Assembly (NCBI GenBank): GCA_963668695.2
Contig: CAXXLQ010000004.1
Location: forward strand, 800,001 to 864,000
Direction: 5' to 3'
From: Vicinamibacteria bacterium
GTDB lineage: Bacteria > Acidobacteriota > Vicinamibacteria > Marinacidobacterales > Marinacidobacteraceae
DNA: 64,000 bases
Below the pieces are notes generated by a model. The model ran no database searches. It had not been told where the DNA came from and saw only the letters and a list, made by a program, of their open reading frames with translations. The translations under genes were made by a program, and so were the position numbers. Positions 11,501 through 20,454 of the stretch are shown in pieces (positions within the stretch are counted from its first letter, which is position 1; each line of letters begins with the position of its first letter).

Positions 11501-11813
11501 CGGCTCGCTGCTCGCGGTGGAGGAACAGTTGATCCAGCTCCTCGTGACCGGAACCGGCCAGGACCGGATCCGTTGGCCGACGCAGCTTGCGGGCCGGATC
11601 ACCTACCTGGCCGGCGCGGTGGCGAGCAACGACTTCCCCCCGACCGACCAGATGCGGGAGGTCTATGACCGGCTCCGCGAGCGGGTGGAGGCCCGCACCG
11701 CGGAATTCGCCGACATCGTGGAGTCCGGCCTGACCAGCGTGAACAGCACCCTCGACGCCGAGGGGATGCCCGGCATCGTGCGGGTGGAAGGGAAGGAACC
11801 CGGCTCGCGCTAA
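8583..11813 (+). CDS. Secreted VPS10/BNR-repeat (sortilin-like) glycosyl hydrolase-like protein
   Basis: Signal peptide; many S/TxDxGxTW Asp-box repeats; FRHIGP N-terminus; C-terminal coiled region. Confidence 0.9.
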   Translation: MRNPMRLQAALALSFALGLPAAALAQPAPDELGGLKFRHIGPVGNRALSVAGIPGNPDIYYAGAATGGIWKTEDGGIKWRPVFDDQDVHAIGALAVSESDPNIVWAGTGETFIRANVSIGIGVFKSTDAGETWKHMGLDATARIGRIIIHPTNPDIVYAASLGHAYTPQPERGIYRTMDGGETWEHVLFVDENTGASDLVMDPNNPRILYAGMWQLELKTWTRVSGGPGSGLHMSRDGGGTWTKLEGNGLPELEVGKIALCMSKSDSRRVFALIETADGVSYAGEEAESGELWATSDGAKTWTLQTHNRDLAGRNAYYSRCGAAPDDKDEAYFLTSSFASTLDAGKSHRVHGRDEAPGWDHHDIWIDHTDGDRMAVAHDGGVSISRNRGASWFKIQLPLAQMYHVTVDNDIPYNVLGNRQDGPSTRGPSRAFTGGFFGSGIPRGMWHGVGGGESGFATPDPEDPNIVWSSASGAGAAGGIVVRYDERTRQFRQLEVWPESTMGWPAQDLRYRFQWVFPLLISPHDRNTVYVGSQHVHRTTNGGQSWEEVSPDLTTNDKSRQTISGGLTPDNIGVEFCCVIYAIDESPVTEGVIWAGTNDGMIHLTRDGGANWTDVTANVPDMPVDGVVRNIDASKWEAGKAYMTVEAHQVGNFEPYVYRTEDFGESWTRIVNGVADSPLSYTRNVREDPVRPGLLYLGTENFLYVSFDDGDNWQRLTGGLPPSPMYWITVQEHFGDLVVGTYGRGFWIMDDISPLQQWTDEVEAASVHLFQPRGAYRFHSITAPFAQFDDWSAGENPPYGAPISFWLDEATEDVSIEIKSAGGETIRTLETEGEVGLNRMYWDLREEASTKAVLRTQPRFADWVDLDEERTREGQIGRISILAPPGQYTVALKVGDTEQTAPLEVRKDPKSEGSMEDIAAQTALLRLLRADLETVTGMVNEIEWLRRQVLDLKMVAEEAGRVESIASVVDGLDGSLLAVEEQLIQLLVTGTGQDRIRWPTQLAGRITYLAGAVASNDFPPTDQMREVYDRLRERVEARTAEFADIVESGLTSVNSTLDAEGMPGIVRVEGKEPGSR

Positions 11814-11961
11814 AGCGTTGGGGCCCCGCCGCCTTCGCCGGGCTTGTGGCCGGCGGCGGGTCCCCGCCCGCGGTGCCCGCGCCCGTCAATCCCGGTCGGA
11901 GGGTGGGCCGTCTCCTGTGATTGCGAAATACTGCTACTGCTAGTGATGGCAGAACGCAGTC

Positions 11962-12198
11962 ATGCCAGTCCAGATCACCGTCCGCAACGTCCCCGAGTGG
12001 GTGCGCGACGAACTCGCCGCGCGCGCGGCGCGGAAGCGGCAGTCCATGCAGGAATTCCTGCGTTGCGAGCTGGAACGGATTGCGTCCTTTCCGTCCATTG
12101 CCGATTGGCTGGAAGGGGTCCGGGAGCGCGCGGAAGCGGCTGAAAGCCGGGTTCCCCCATCGGTCATCCTCGCGGCCCGCGACCGGGATCGGAGCTGA
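11962..12198 (+). CDS. FitA-like ribbon-helix-helix antitoxin (orphan, no toxin downstream)
   Basis: QITVRNVPEWVRDELAARAARKRQSMQEFL...RDRDRS. Confidence 0.8.
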   Translation: MPVQITVRNVPEWVRDELAARAARKRQSMQEFLRCELERIASFPSIADWLEGVRERAEAAESRVPPSVILAARDRDRS

Positions 12199-12243
12199 CC
12201 ACCGCCCCCCGACCTAACCGACGGGGGCGGCAAAATTCCCCAA

Positions 12244-13407
12244 TCAAGCGAGGAGTTCGCCCTCCCAGAGGGACCCCAGGAAATCCATGATCGGAAGAAT
12301 CCTGATCCCGTCCACGATCCGTGGCGCGGGCTCGCGGCACACCACGATCTGGCGTCGTAGCGGGGTCTCCACCGCCAGCCGGCGTAAGCCGTTCAGATCA
12401 CGCGACGTAACCGAACTGCTGGCCTTCACTTCGATCGCCACCTCGTCGCCGACCACAAAATCCACCTCGGAGCCGTCCTCCGTCCTCCAATAACTGAGCG
12501 GCCGCGGGTCGCGAGCGTAGGCGAGCCAGGCGCTCAACTCGCAGAAGACGAGCTGCTCAAGAGCAGGGCCGAACATCGGGCTGCCAGGCTGGATCTTTTC
12601 GACGGACGCCAGCGCGTTGGCGACGCCAACATCGAAGAAGAAGAGCTTGCGGCGGGAAACCGGCTTGCGGCGCGCCTTGCGGGGTGAGAACGGCGGCAGC
12701 AACGTACCGAGCAAGGTGTCCTCGATCACCTGGAAGTATTCCCGGACGGTTCGCGCCGGGACGGCCGCGTCGGACGCCAACCGCTCAAACACGATGGACT
12801 GCGCGTAGCTCGCGCCGGCAACGGTCAAGAACCGCGAGAAGGGTTCGACTCCGCGCACCAGACCCTCCGCCTGGATCTCCAGCCGCAGGTAGTTCCCGCA
12901 GTAGGCGCGGAGATCCTCCATCGGCTCATCTGAGAAATAGACGGAGGGAATCCCGCCGAAGTTGATCGCCCGCAGCAGGTCCCAATCGGGCACCTCTGCG
13001 GAAACGAACGGATACATACGCCGGGTCCGTGCCCGGCCACCCAACAGGTTCACTCCGCCGCGCCGCAGTTTGGCGGGGCTGCTCGCCGCGAGGACGAACT
13101 GGAAACCGCGGCTCTCGATCAGGTCGTGCACCTCGTCGAGCAGGCTCGGCAGCTTCTGGATTTCGTCGATGACCACCGGACCGGATTCGGCATTGGTGCT
13201 TGCCAGCTCCTGACGCAGACGCCCGGGCTCGCGGGAAAGGCGCAGAAACACATCCCCGTGAAGCAGGTTGAACCACGGCGAATCGGGGTAGCGCTGGCGG
13301 AGCCAGGTGGTTTTGCCCGTCTGGCGCGGCCCGAACAGGAAGACCGAGCGGCGGGACAAATCGCGCGCGAGGTCGAGGCGGCGAGGTAAGAGGGCGGAGT
13401 TCTTCAC
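12244..13407 (-). CDS. AAA_14 ATPase with DUF4143 / PD-(D/E)XK-like C-terminus
   Basis: GPRQTGKT Walker A, IDEIQK Walker B, KLFFFDVG, YWRT..GSEVDFV, AIEVK. Confidence 0.9.
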   Translation of the reverse strand: MKNSALLPRRLDLARDLSRRSVFLFGPRQTGKTTWLRQRYPDSPWFNLLHGDVFLRLSREPGRLRQELASTNAESGPVVIDEIQKLPSLLDEVHDLIESRGFQFVLAASSPAKLRRGGVNLLGGRARTRRMYPFVSAEVPDWDLLRAINFGGIPSVYFSDEPMEDLRAYCGNYLRLEIQAEGLVRGVEPFSRFLTVAGASYAQSIVFERLASDAAVPARTVREYFQVIEDTLLGTLLPPFSPRKARRKPVSRRKLFFFDVGVANALASVEKIQPGSPMFGPALEQLVFCELSAWLAYARDPRPLSYWRTEDGSEVDFVVGDEVAIEVKASSSVTSRDLNGLRRLAVETPLRRQIVVCREPAPRIVDGIRILPIMDFLGSLWEGELLA

Positions 13408-13537
13408 GAGAGTACTATTTTCAGCATAACATCTGCGGAAAATCCTGGTTTTCCAGCATCAGCAATGCGGATTTCGGGGAATTTGCTCGCGAAGGAAGCA
13501 TCCCGGGACCGTCGAGGGGCAGGACTTCCCGGGTGGC

Positions 13538-14317
13538 TCAGTGACCTCGCCGGCGCGCCTGAAGCGCCGAAATCCCGGTGTCGGCCGATTTCCGATGCCG
13601 CTCCTCCTCGAGCCACCGAACCAGCATCTGCTCGGGAAGGCGAAGGACGTGCCCCTGTCCCGGGACCACCTCCAGCGTCACCTTCGCGCCTGCCGCCCGG
13701 AGGCGCGCGGCCGTGGACTCCGACCCGGCCACCCAGTTCCGATCGTGTTCCCCGACCATGAGCAGGACCGGCACCCCGGCCAGCGACTCCAGCGAGGCTT
13801 CCCCGGAGGTGCGCCCCGGCATCGCGAGGATCGCGGCCACCCGGCCCGGCATCGCCAGCGCCGCGTGAAAGACCCCGACGCCTCCCGCGGAGGCCCCCGT
13901 GAGGACAATTTCGTCGGCCGCCTCCGGCAGATTTTCCTCGATCCACTCCAGCAGCGCGGGCACGACGTCCGCAGCGCTCTCGGCGAGTCCCGGACCGTAG
14001 ATCTCGACGCCGACGACGGCGTAGCCGGCCGCGGGTGCTGCCTCGTCCCAGTAGGTTTCGACCAGCCCCGCGAGGAGGCCCGCGTCACCCGCGCCCCACG
14101 GGAACGCCACCACGACTCCCTTGGCGGGCCCCGGCGGCCGCACGACGAGCAGGTTCAGCCGGCCGCCGGCCGGGAGCGACAGCGAAACCCACCCCGGTGT
14201 CCCCGGTGGAGGCAGTCCGGGGACACCGCCCGCGGCACAGGAGAGCAGCGACGCAACGATGAGGGCCGTCGCGAGCAGCACGGATCCGGTTCGCGAGGCG
14301 CAGACAGACTCGGCCAT
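13538..14317 (-). CDS. Alpha/beta-hydrolase, probable lipoprotein
   Basis: GASAGG nucleophile elbow, VGEHD, GQGH; LLSC lipobox-like sequence. Confidence 0.7.
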   Translation of the reverse strand: MAESVCASRTGSVLLATALIVASLLSCAAGGVPGLPPPGTPGWVSLSLPAGGRLNLLVVRPPGPAKGVVVAFPWGAGDAGLLAGLVETYWDEAAPAAGYAVVGVEIYGPGLAESAADVVPALLEWIEENLPEAADEIVLTGASAGGVGVFHAALAMPGRVAAILAMPGRTSGEASLESLAGVPVLLMVGEHDRNWVAGSESTAARLRAAGAKVTLEVVPGQGHVLRLPEQMLVRWLEEERHRKSADTGISALQARRRGH

Positions 14318-14382
14318 GGCTCGGAAACGCTCGCAGCGAGTCTATGCGCGCGGGAGCTGAGGGCCCCTACCGGGAGAACCGG

Positions 14383-14485
14383 CCGGCGGTCCCTACCCGC
14401 CTACGCCTCTCCCAGGCGTTCCAGGATCAGCTGGTCGATCTGCCAGAGCTGGTCTTCGCGGTTCGAGTAGGGACCGGGGCGGTAG
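14383..14485 (-). repeat. Duplicate of the Rieske gene 3' tail plus its downstream REP half (matches 16420-16522)
   Basis: Encodes YRPGPYSNREDQLWQIDQLILERLGEA*. About 50 bp identical to the real gene end; most other differences are synonymous. Confidence 0.92.
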
Positions 14486-14597
14486 CGAAGTCTGTGTTTT
14501 CCGCAGGATCGTTGCGGAAAACACCCGTTTTCGGCATCTCCGCTGCGGAAATCGGCGACCACGACCGCAGAGGTCCCGCGTGGAGCGCCTGAGCGAA

Positions 14598-15035
14598 TTA
14601 GACGGGGCGAAGCGGATGCTGCCAACGCAGTCCAGTGAACCTACTGAAATCGGAGTCGGTTGAGACCATCGTGCACCCGTGCTCAATGGCGACCGCGGCG
14701 TGCTGAGCGTCGGCAACCAGTTTGCCCGTTGCTCCGGCAGCGCGGCAGAGCCTTTCAAGGATGGCGAGGTGATTCGGGCCGGGACCAACGATGCGGGCTG
14801 TGGGCCGCGCAACCAGTTCTGAAACGAAGGCGAGCGCTTCGTCCAGCGTAGAGGGCGGGCGGAAGATGCGCGGATTCGTCGCGATCCGAAGGAACCCCGT
14901 CAGCGCCAGAACCGAGAGTGCAAATGGTTCCGGGCCATTCGCCAGCCGAGTGAGCCACTCCGCATAGCGGGGATGTTCGGAAGTCGAATCCGAGCGATGC
15001 GCGTACAAGAGCACGTTGACGTCGGGGAGCAACAT
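14598..15035 (-). CDS. vapC: VapC-family PIN toxin
   Basis: PDVNVLLYA, FLRIATNPRIF, DAQHAAVAIEHG, STDSDF. Confidence 0.92.
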   Translation of the reverse strand: MLLPDVNVLLYAHRSDSTSEHPRYAEWLTRLANGPEPFALSVLALTGFLRIATNPRIFRPPSTLDEALAFVSELVARPTARIVGPGPNHLAILERLCRAAGATGKLVADAQHAAVAIEHGCTMVSTDSDFSRFTGLRWQHPLRPV

Positions 15036-15052
15036 CTCGCCGGGCGCTCCCG

Positions 15053-15298
15053 TCAGCCGTAGCGCGCCTCGTCGTCGCGGGTCTCGAGTACGCGCGGGCG
15101 GTCGAGGTCAACCCCCGGGCGCGGGCCTTCGCCGCCGACGGTGATCAATCGAAACGGCTTGATGTGGGTGGGTTCCGGGCGCTTCAGAGCGTCGTCCACG
15201 ATCCTCGCAATAAATGCGCTCACACTCAGGCCTTGAGTTGTGGCTTCCCGCCGCACTTCCTCCGCGAGCCGGTCTTCCATCGAGATCGTCGTTCGCAT
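15053..15298 (-). CDS. vapB: VapB-type RHH antitoxin
   Basis: MRTTISMEDRL...GPRPGVDLD; directly upstream of the PIN gene. Confidence 0.85.
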   Translation of the reverse strand: MRTTISMEDRLAEEVRREATTQGLSVSAFIARIVDDALKRPEPTHIKPFRLITVGGEGPRPGVDLDRPRVLETRDDEARYG

Positions 15299-15398
15299 GA
15301 TGCACATCATAACCAATAGGCATCACTACATCAGATCACGCTTCGAGGGCCAGTCCGAGCTCCTTGAGGACGGCGGAAACGCTCGTTCCGAGGAATCG

Positions 15399-16322
15399 CT
15401 ATCCGTTCGTGGCTCGAAATTGCGTGAAGCGGCGCTCCAGATGGGCAGGATCCGGCCAATCCTTCTCTCTCGAAGGTAGTCGGAGCGCGGTGTTCTCCAA
15501 GCCCTTGAGGGCCGTTAGCAGATCGCCGTCCCGGCGACTCTTGAGACGCGGAGCGACGTGAATCCGGAAGTTCTGATCCACTCCAATGAGATACGAATCG
15601 AAGGCTTCGTGATGCAACGTGGACATACAGATCCCGTTCTTGACCGAGGCAGGCCCTCCTTCGCTGTCGGGCACAATGTGGGCGCCTACCAGAAGTTCGC
15701 GTACCGGAAGGCCACTAAACGCGCAGCGATATGCGTAGGCGGCCTTGGTACGGGCGCTGAACCACCGCTGGTGGTTCCTCGTGCGCCTCTCCCCATAAGA
15801 GTACGAGCGCTCCCGGACTTGTTCGGCCAAGACCGGTACGGCCTGCGCGAAGTGATCGCTGGTGCTGAGCAGTGCCTCCGATCCCCGTATTTCCTCGATC
15901 CACACCGGAAACACCGGCTCGTACACCGCCGGCTCCACGCCCACGAAATAGATCAAGGGCGCGCGCCGTTCCATCGCCAATCGGAGTGAACGGTTGGTCG
16001 CTTCGTCAGGACCGCCACGCGCCAAGTCGTACCGCAACAGCCCAGTCTGAGCATCAAAGCGGTCTGACCCTAGTTCCTGGTCCTCGTACCACAGCGTCCT
16101 TCCCGATCTGGGAACAACCGTCTTGATGCTGAGCGCACCGCTCATCTGTCTGGGCTTGAAAATTCCCTTGGCACGGTTGGCGAAATGAACGGTCTCTCCC
16201 TGGGCCACGAACCCCGCGTGGATCTTGTCCCACGGAACACGACCGGCGTAGTCACGCGATAACTGCTCGATAGCGAGGAACGCTCTGGCGCGGATGTATT
16301 GGTCTGAATCCGTCAAGGGCAA
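15399..16322 (-). CDS. HNH endonuclease (restriction-like, with N-terminal putative DNA-recognition domain)
   Basis: YAYRCAFSG...GAHIVP...NGICMSTLHHEAFD. Confidence 0.88.
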   Translation of the reverse strand: MPLTDSDQYIRARAFLAIEQLSRDYAGRVPWDKIHAGFVAQGETVHFANRAKGIFKPRQMSGALSIKTVVPRSGRTLWYEDQELGSDRFDAQTGLLRYDLARGGPDEATNRSLRLAMERRAPLIYFVGVEPAVYEPVFPVWIEEIRGSEALLSTSDHFAQAVPVLAEQVRERSYSYGERRTRNHQRWFSARTKAAYAYRCAFSGLPVRELLVGAHIVPDSEGGPASVKNGICMSTLHHEAFDSYLIGVDQNFRIHVAPRLKSRRDGDLLTALKGLENTALRLPSREKDWPDPAHLERRFTQFRATNG

Positions 16323-16401
16323 TCAGGAAGTCTCCTCAAGGCTACCAACCTGGGCCGGAGCACCATTCGCCCGCCTGTCGGCGGTCTCTGACCTGCGCGC
16401 C

Positions 16402-16429
16402 GCGATGCCGGTGTGAACACCGGCGGCCC
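16402..16429. repeat. REP-like palindrome just after the Rieske gene stop
   Basis: GCGATGCCGGTGTGAACACCGGCGGCCC. Confidence 0.75.
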
Positions 16430-16437
16430 GTACCCGC

Positions 16438-17577
16438 CTAAGCCTCCCCGAGCCGTTCCAGAATCAGGCGGTCGATCTGCCAGAGCTGGTCTTCGCGGTT
16501 CGAGTAGGGACCGGGGCGGTAGGCGGAGGAGGCGATGCCCCGCTGGGCGAGTTCGGAGACGTGCCAATCCTGGAGGTTCGTGGTGTGCCAGAACTCGACG
16601 GCGCGGGCGGGGTCGAACTCTTCTCCCGCCAGCGTCTCCTCGCTGAACAGCCAGTCGCAGCGGATCGCGGTGCGGCCCACGCCAAGCGGCCGCATCAGGT
16701 AGCGGATCACGTAATCCGGATGCAGGCAGAGCATCACGTTCGGCAGCAGGATGTCGTAGGCGACCAGGCGCCGGTCCTTTTCAGACAGGTCCGGTAGAGG
16801 GGCCCCGACCAACCGACCATCCGTGGAAAGGGTCTCGATCCCGTCCGCGAGGTCCATCGCCGAGCCGATCGCGCCGGGGGTGACCGGATAGTTCTCGCCG
16901 CTCAGGTAGTGCGAAAAACGCTGGAGCTGCGGATGGATCACCGGGCAGTGGAGGCACTCGGAGAAGTTCTGGACCACCAGCTTCCAGTTCGCCTTCAGGT
17001 CGTAATGCTCGGTGTGGGCGGACCGCAGCGCAGCGATCCCCCACGGAACAAGCCGCAGGGCGGCCGGCCCGAGCTGCTCCACCAGGTCCGGGCCCTCACC
17101 CGCCACCCGCACGAAGACGATCCCGGCCCATTCCTCGCAGGCGGCGGAGGCCAGCGGGTAGTCCGAAACCGAAAACCCCTCCACGCGGTCCATGTGCGGC
17201 GCCCGCCGGAGCTGGCCGTCCAGCCCGTAGGTCCAGGCGTGGTACGGACACTGGATCGAGCCGGCAAGACACCCCGCCTCCGCCTCCACCATCCGGGTGC
17301 CGCGGTGCCGGCAGACGTTGTGGTGCGCGCGGATCACCCCGTCCTGGCCTCGCACCACGATCAGCGAATCGCCCGCGATCTCCACCAGCCGGTAGTCCCC
17401 CGGTTCCGGTAGATCCTCCGCCGGGCAGGCTGCGTTCCACATCGCCCGGTGGATCCGTTCTCCCTCGCGTTCGAAGACCGCCGGATCGCAGTAGTAGCGG
17501 GCGGGGAGCGTTTTCGCCCCGGCCGGAGCGGGCGGGCGGGCGTCGGCGTACGCCGCCTCGGACGCCACCTTCGTCAA
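16438..17577 (-). CDS. Rieske non-heme iron oxygenase alpha subunit (choline/betaine/carnitine oxygenase-like)
   Basis: NVCRHRG...CPYHAW Rieske motif; NWK..VQNFSECLHC..IHP; QDWHVSE. Start taken at the TTG overlapping the upstream stop. Confidence 0.9.
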   Translation of the reverse strand: MTKVASEAAYADARPPAPAGAKTLPARYYCDPAVFEREGERIHRAMWNAACPAEDLPEPGDYRLVEIAGDSLIVVRGQDGVIRAHHNVCRHRGTRMVEAEAGCLAGSIQCPYHAWTYGLDGQLRRAPHMDRVEGFSVSDYPLASAACEEWAGIVFVRVAGEGPDLVEQLGPAALRLVPWGIAALRSAHTEHYDLKANWKLVVQNFSECLHCPVIHPQLQRFSHYLSGENYPVTPGAIGSAMDLADGIETLSTDGRLVGAPLPDLSEKDRRLVAYDILLPNVMLCLHPDYVIRYLMRPLGVGRTAIRCDWLFSEETLAGEEFDPARAVEFWHTTNLQDWHVSELAQRGIASSAYRPGPYSNREDQLWQIDRLILERLGEA

Positions 17578-18776
17578 CCTTCGGCCGGAGTGGCCCGCTT
17601 CCTCGGCGGATCGAAGAAGGGCAGCGCCGCCACCCGCGAACACGCCCGCCGCCGGGTGTATTCCACGGTGACCTCGATATCGAGCGGAGTACCCGGCGCC
17701 TCGTATCCCCGGTGCACCGTGGCGAGCGCCAGTTGCCGCTTGAGGAGCGGCGACCAGCAGATGCTCGTCGCGCGGCCGACCTGCTGTCCTCCCGAATAGA
17801 CGGGAACGCCGTCCCGATTGACTTCCTCACCGACGTCGGGGGCGAGGTCATCCAAAGCAAAAAGGCGCTCGATTTCCATGATCGAGGTCTCGATCCCCAC
17901 GAAAAACCGCCCCGGCCCGCGGGCCCGTTCGGCCATGAGCGGTCCCTGGCCGATGAACGGTCCCTTCTTCGCGCTCACCGCCCAGCCGAGTCCCATCTCG
18001 TAGGGCGTGGATTTTTGCGCCTCGGTGAGCGCGAAGTCCGCGTTCCAGAAGTCCACCTCGATGAGGGGGAAGCCGGCCTCGACGCGGGCCCGGTCGAGCG
18101 CCAGCATTCCCGCGGGCACCAGGCCGCGGGGCTCGCCCGCTTCGAGCAGCAGGTCCCAGAGGGCGACCGCCGCCTCTCGGTCCACCCAGAGCTCGTAGCC
18201 CAGATCGCCGGTGTATCCGGTGCGGGTTACGACCACCGGGATCCCGCCGAGGCGCACCTCGCGGAGCCGGAAGAAGCCGAGGTCCGAAAGGTCCGCGTCC
18301 GCGAGCACGTTCAGGATCTGGCAGGACGTCGGCCCCTGGAGCGCGAGCGCTCCGAGTTCCTCCGATACCTCCTCGATCCGGACATCCATTCCCGCCGCCA
18401 CCCGTTCGAACCAGACGAGCGCCGGATCCACCGCGGTGGCGCGCACGAAGTCCGTCGCGAACCGTTGGAAGCAGCCGTCCTGCAGCAGCTTGCCGCGCTC
18501 GTCGCACCAGCCGGAATAGAGCACCTGCCCCACCCGCGATCGCGCCACGTTCCGGGTGATCAGCCGATCGGTGAGCGCGGTGGCGTCCGGCCCGACGAAG
18601 TTGTACTTGTAGAGCGGAGAGACGTCGATGAGCGCGGCGCCCGAGCGGACCGCGTGGTACTCGGGATCGTGGAACGTGTCGAAGGCGTTCACCACGAAGT
18701 ACCCGGCCCACTCCTTCCAGCGCAGGCTGGAGCAGAGCGCCTGGGTGCGGGGGTGAAAAGGGGTGCCGCGGGCCAT
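17574..18776 (-). CDS. GcvT-like aminomethyltransferase family protein
   Basis: DVSPLYK, LALQGP, TRTGYTGDLGYE, RVEAG, PFFDP. Confidence 0.92.
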   Translation of the reverse strand: MARGTPFHPRTQALCSSLRWKEWAGYFVVNAFDTFHDPEYHAVRSGAALIDVSPLYKYNFVGPDATALTDRLITRNVARSRVGQVLYSGWCDERGKLLQDGCFQRFATDFVRATAVDPALVWFERVAAGMDVRIEEVSEELGALALQGPTSCQILNVLADADLSDLGFFRLREVRLGGIPVVVTRTGYTGDLGYELWVDREAAVALWDLLLEAGEPRGLVPAGMLALDRARVEAGFPLIEVDFWNADFALTEAQKSTPYEMGLGWAVSAKKGPFIGQGPLMAERARGPGRFFVGIETSIMEIERLFALDDLAPDVGEEVNRDGVPVYSGGQQVGRATSICWSPLLKRQLALATVHRGYEAPGTPLDIEVTVEYTRRRACSRVAALPFFDPPRKRATPAEG

Positions 18777-18835
18777 CTCCGGTTCCGCCCGGGGGGGCGG
18801 GGGTGAAGATGTTAGTCAGAGGCGGATCTGAGTGG

Positions 18836-19243
18836 TCACGCCATCAGGAGAGTGTGCTCCAGCCCGGGGATACGCTCGAAGTCCCGGTCGAAGGTCAGGA
18901 GGTGCCCTCCGCACTCCATGGTGGCGGCCGCGATCCACATGTCGTTGGTCGAGGGGGCCGATCCCACACGGCGCGTGTCGGCGAAGATTCGGGCAAAGAA
19001 GCGGACGGATGCGCGGGTTGTATCCACGACCTGAACCCACGGCTCCTCAAGAAAGTCGGCAAGGGACTGTCGGTTCGCGGCCGCCCGTCGTCCGATTTCG
19101 AAGCCGGCTTCGAGTTCGCCCAAGACGACGGCCGGCACGGACACGATCTTCGCACGCCTGATCAGGCCAGCGATTTCGGTGTGGCCGCGGCGGAAATACG
19201 AATATGCGCTTGTATCGAGGACGATGCGGGAATTCAGGATCAT
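18836..19243 (-). CDS. vapC: VapC-family PIN toxin
   Basis: VLDTSAY, VLGELEAGF, TNDMWIAA, TFDRDF. Confidence 0.9.
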   Translation of the reverse strand: MILNSRIVLDTSAYSYFRRGHTEIAGLIRRAKIVSVPAVVLGELEAGFEIGRRAAANRQSLADFLEEPWVQVVDTTRASVRFFARIFADTRRVGSAPSTNDMWIAAATMECGGHLLTFDRDFERIPGLEHTLLMA

Positions 19244-19255
19244 CGGGGCTACCCA

Positions 19256-19507
19256 TCACGGCATGCGTGGATAGCCGGGATCCTTGCCTCGCATTTCTCG
19301 AAGTACGGCGTTGAACTCCTCCGCCTCTTCGTCGGTCCAGTCCATATAGCGGAGCAGTCGCTCGCGGCGGGCATCCACACCCACGGCGTCACGGAGAATG
19401 CGGAGGACCGTCGCGTTCAGGCTCTCCCCGGCCGCGGCGCTGATGGCGCGCAACCGTTCCGAGAGGTCTTCGTCCACATAGCGGATAGTGAGTTGACTGG
19501 AAGGCAT
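19256..19507 (-). CDS. FitA-like antitoxin
   Basis: QLTIRYVDEDL..RLR...GESLNATVLRIL...WTDEEAEEF. Confidence 0.82.
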   Translation of the reverse strand: MPSSQLTIRYVDEDLSERLRAISAAAGESLNATVLRILRDAVGVDARRERLLRYMDWTDEEAEEFNAVLREMRGKDPGYPRMP

Positions 19508-19671
19508 GATGTCAGAATTATGACTTCATGCCTGCATCCGGGCAATCGATCTGCTCCGGGGCAGGGAAACTGGCCGGCGTTCCCTGAACTGCGGGCCGCG
19601 ATGCCAGTCCGAAGACCGCCGCTTCTGCCGAAACCCTTGTTACAGTGCGCCACACCGGAGGACGGACAAAC

Positions 19672-20454
19672 ATGCGCAAAGAGGGACCCAGTCGGTTCGC
19701 GCTCCTCGCCACCTTGCTGCTCGCCGCACCGGCGGCCGCCCAACCGCTCGCCGACGCCAACCCCGAGGACGTTGTCCACGGGACACGCGTCTTCGAGGTT
19801 CATTGCGCCCGCTGCCACGGACTCGACGGCGCCGGGGGCGAGGGACCGAACCTGATGCGCGAGAACCTGCGGCGATCCACCGAAGACGACGCGCTCCTCG
19901 AGATCGTGGACAACGGCATCGCCGGCACCGACATGCCGGGCCACGGCTCGCTGAACACCAGGGAAATCCGGAACGTCGCCGCCTACGTCCGGTCGCTCGG
20001 CGTGGCGCCGCGCGAGGACCTGCCGGGCGACCCGGCGGCGGGCCGCGAGCTCTACGACATGACGCTCTGCTCGACCTGCCACATCGTGAACGGCGAGGGC
20101 ATGGCGCTGGGCCCGGATCTCTCCGATGTCGGTTTGCTGCGCGGCAGCGCCTACCTGCGCGAATCCGTCATGGATCCGCCGAAGGTCGTGAACCCCCGTT
20201 TCCGGACGGTGCTCATCGAGGACGCGAACAGCCGCACCGTCATGGGCGTGCGGGTGGCCGAGGACACCTTCACGGTCCAGGTCATTGACGAGGCCGGCCG
20301 GCACCGCTCTTTCCGCAAAAGCGAACTGCGGGAGTTCCAGTTGCTCCCCGAGGAAAGCATGATGATGAGTTACGCCGACTTTACGGACGAGGAGCTCGAC
20401 GATCTGGTCGCCTACCTCGCGACCCTCCGCGGCCCGGAAGGAGACCCCGAATGA
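19672..20454 (+). CDS. Di-heme c-type cytochrome
   Basis: Signal peptide; CARCH and CSTCH; GDPAAGRELY, GPDLSDVG; GGAGGA RBS before ATG 19672. Confidence 0.9.
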   Translation: MRKEGPSRFALLATLLLAAPAAAQPLADANPEDVVHGTRVFEVHCARCHGLDGAGGEGPNLMRENLRRSTEDDALLEIVDNGIAGTDMPGHGSLNTREIRNVAAYVRSLGVAPREDLPGDPAAGRELYDMTLCSTCHIVNGEGMALGPDLSDVGLLRGSAYLRESVMDPPKVVNPRFRTVLIEDANSRTVMGVRVAEDTFTVQVIDEAGRHRSFRKSELREFQLLPEESMMMSYADFTDEELDDLVAYLATLRGPEGDPE

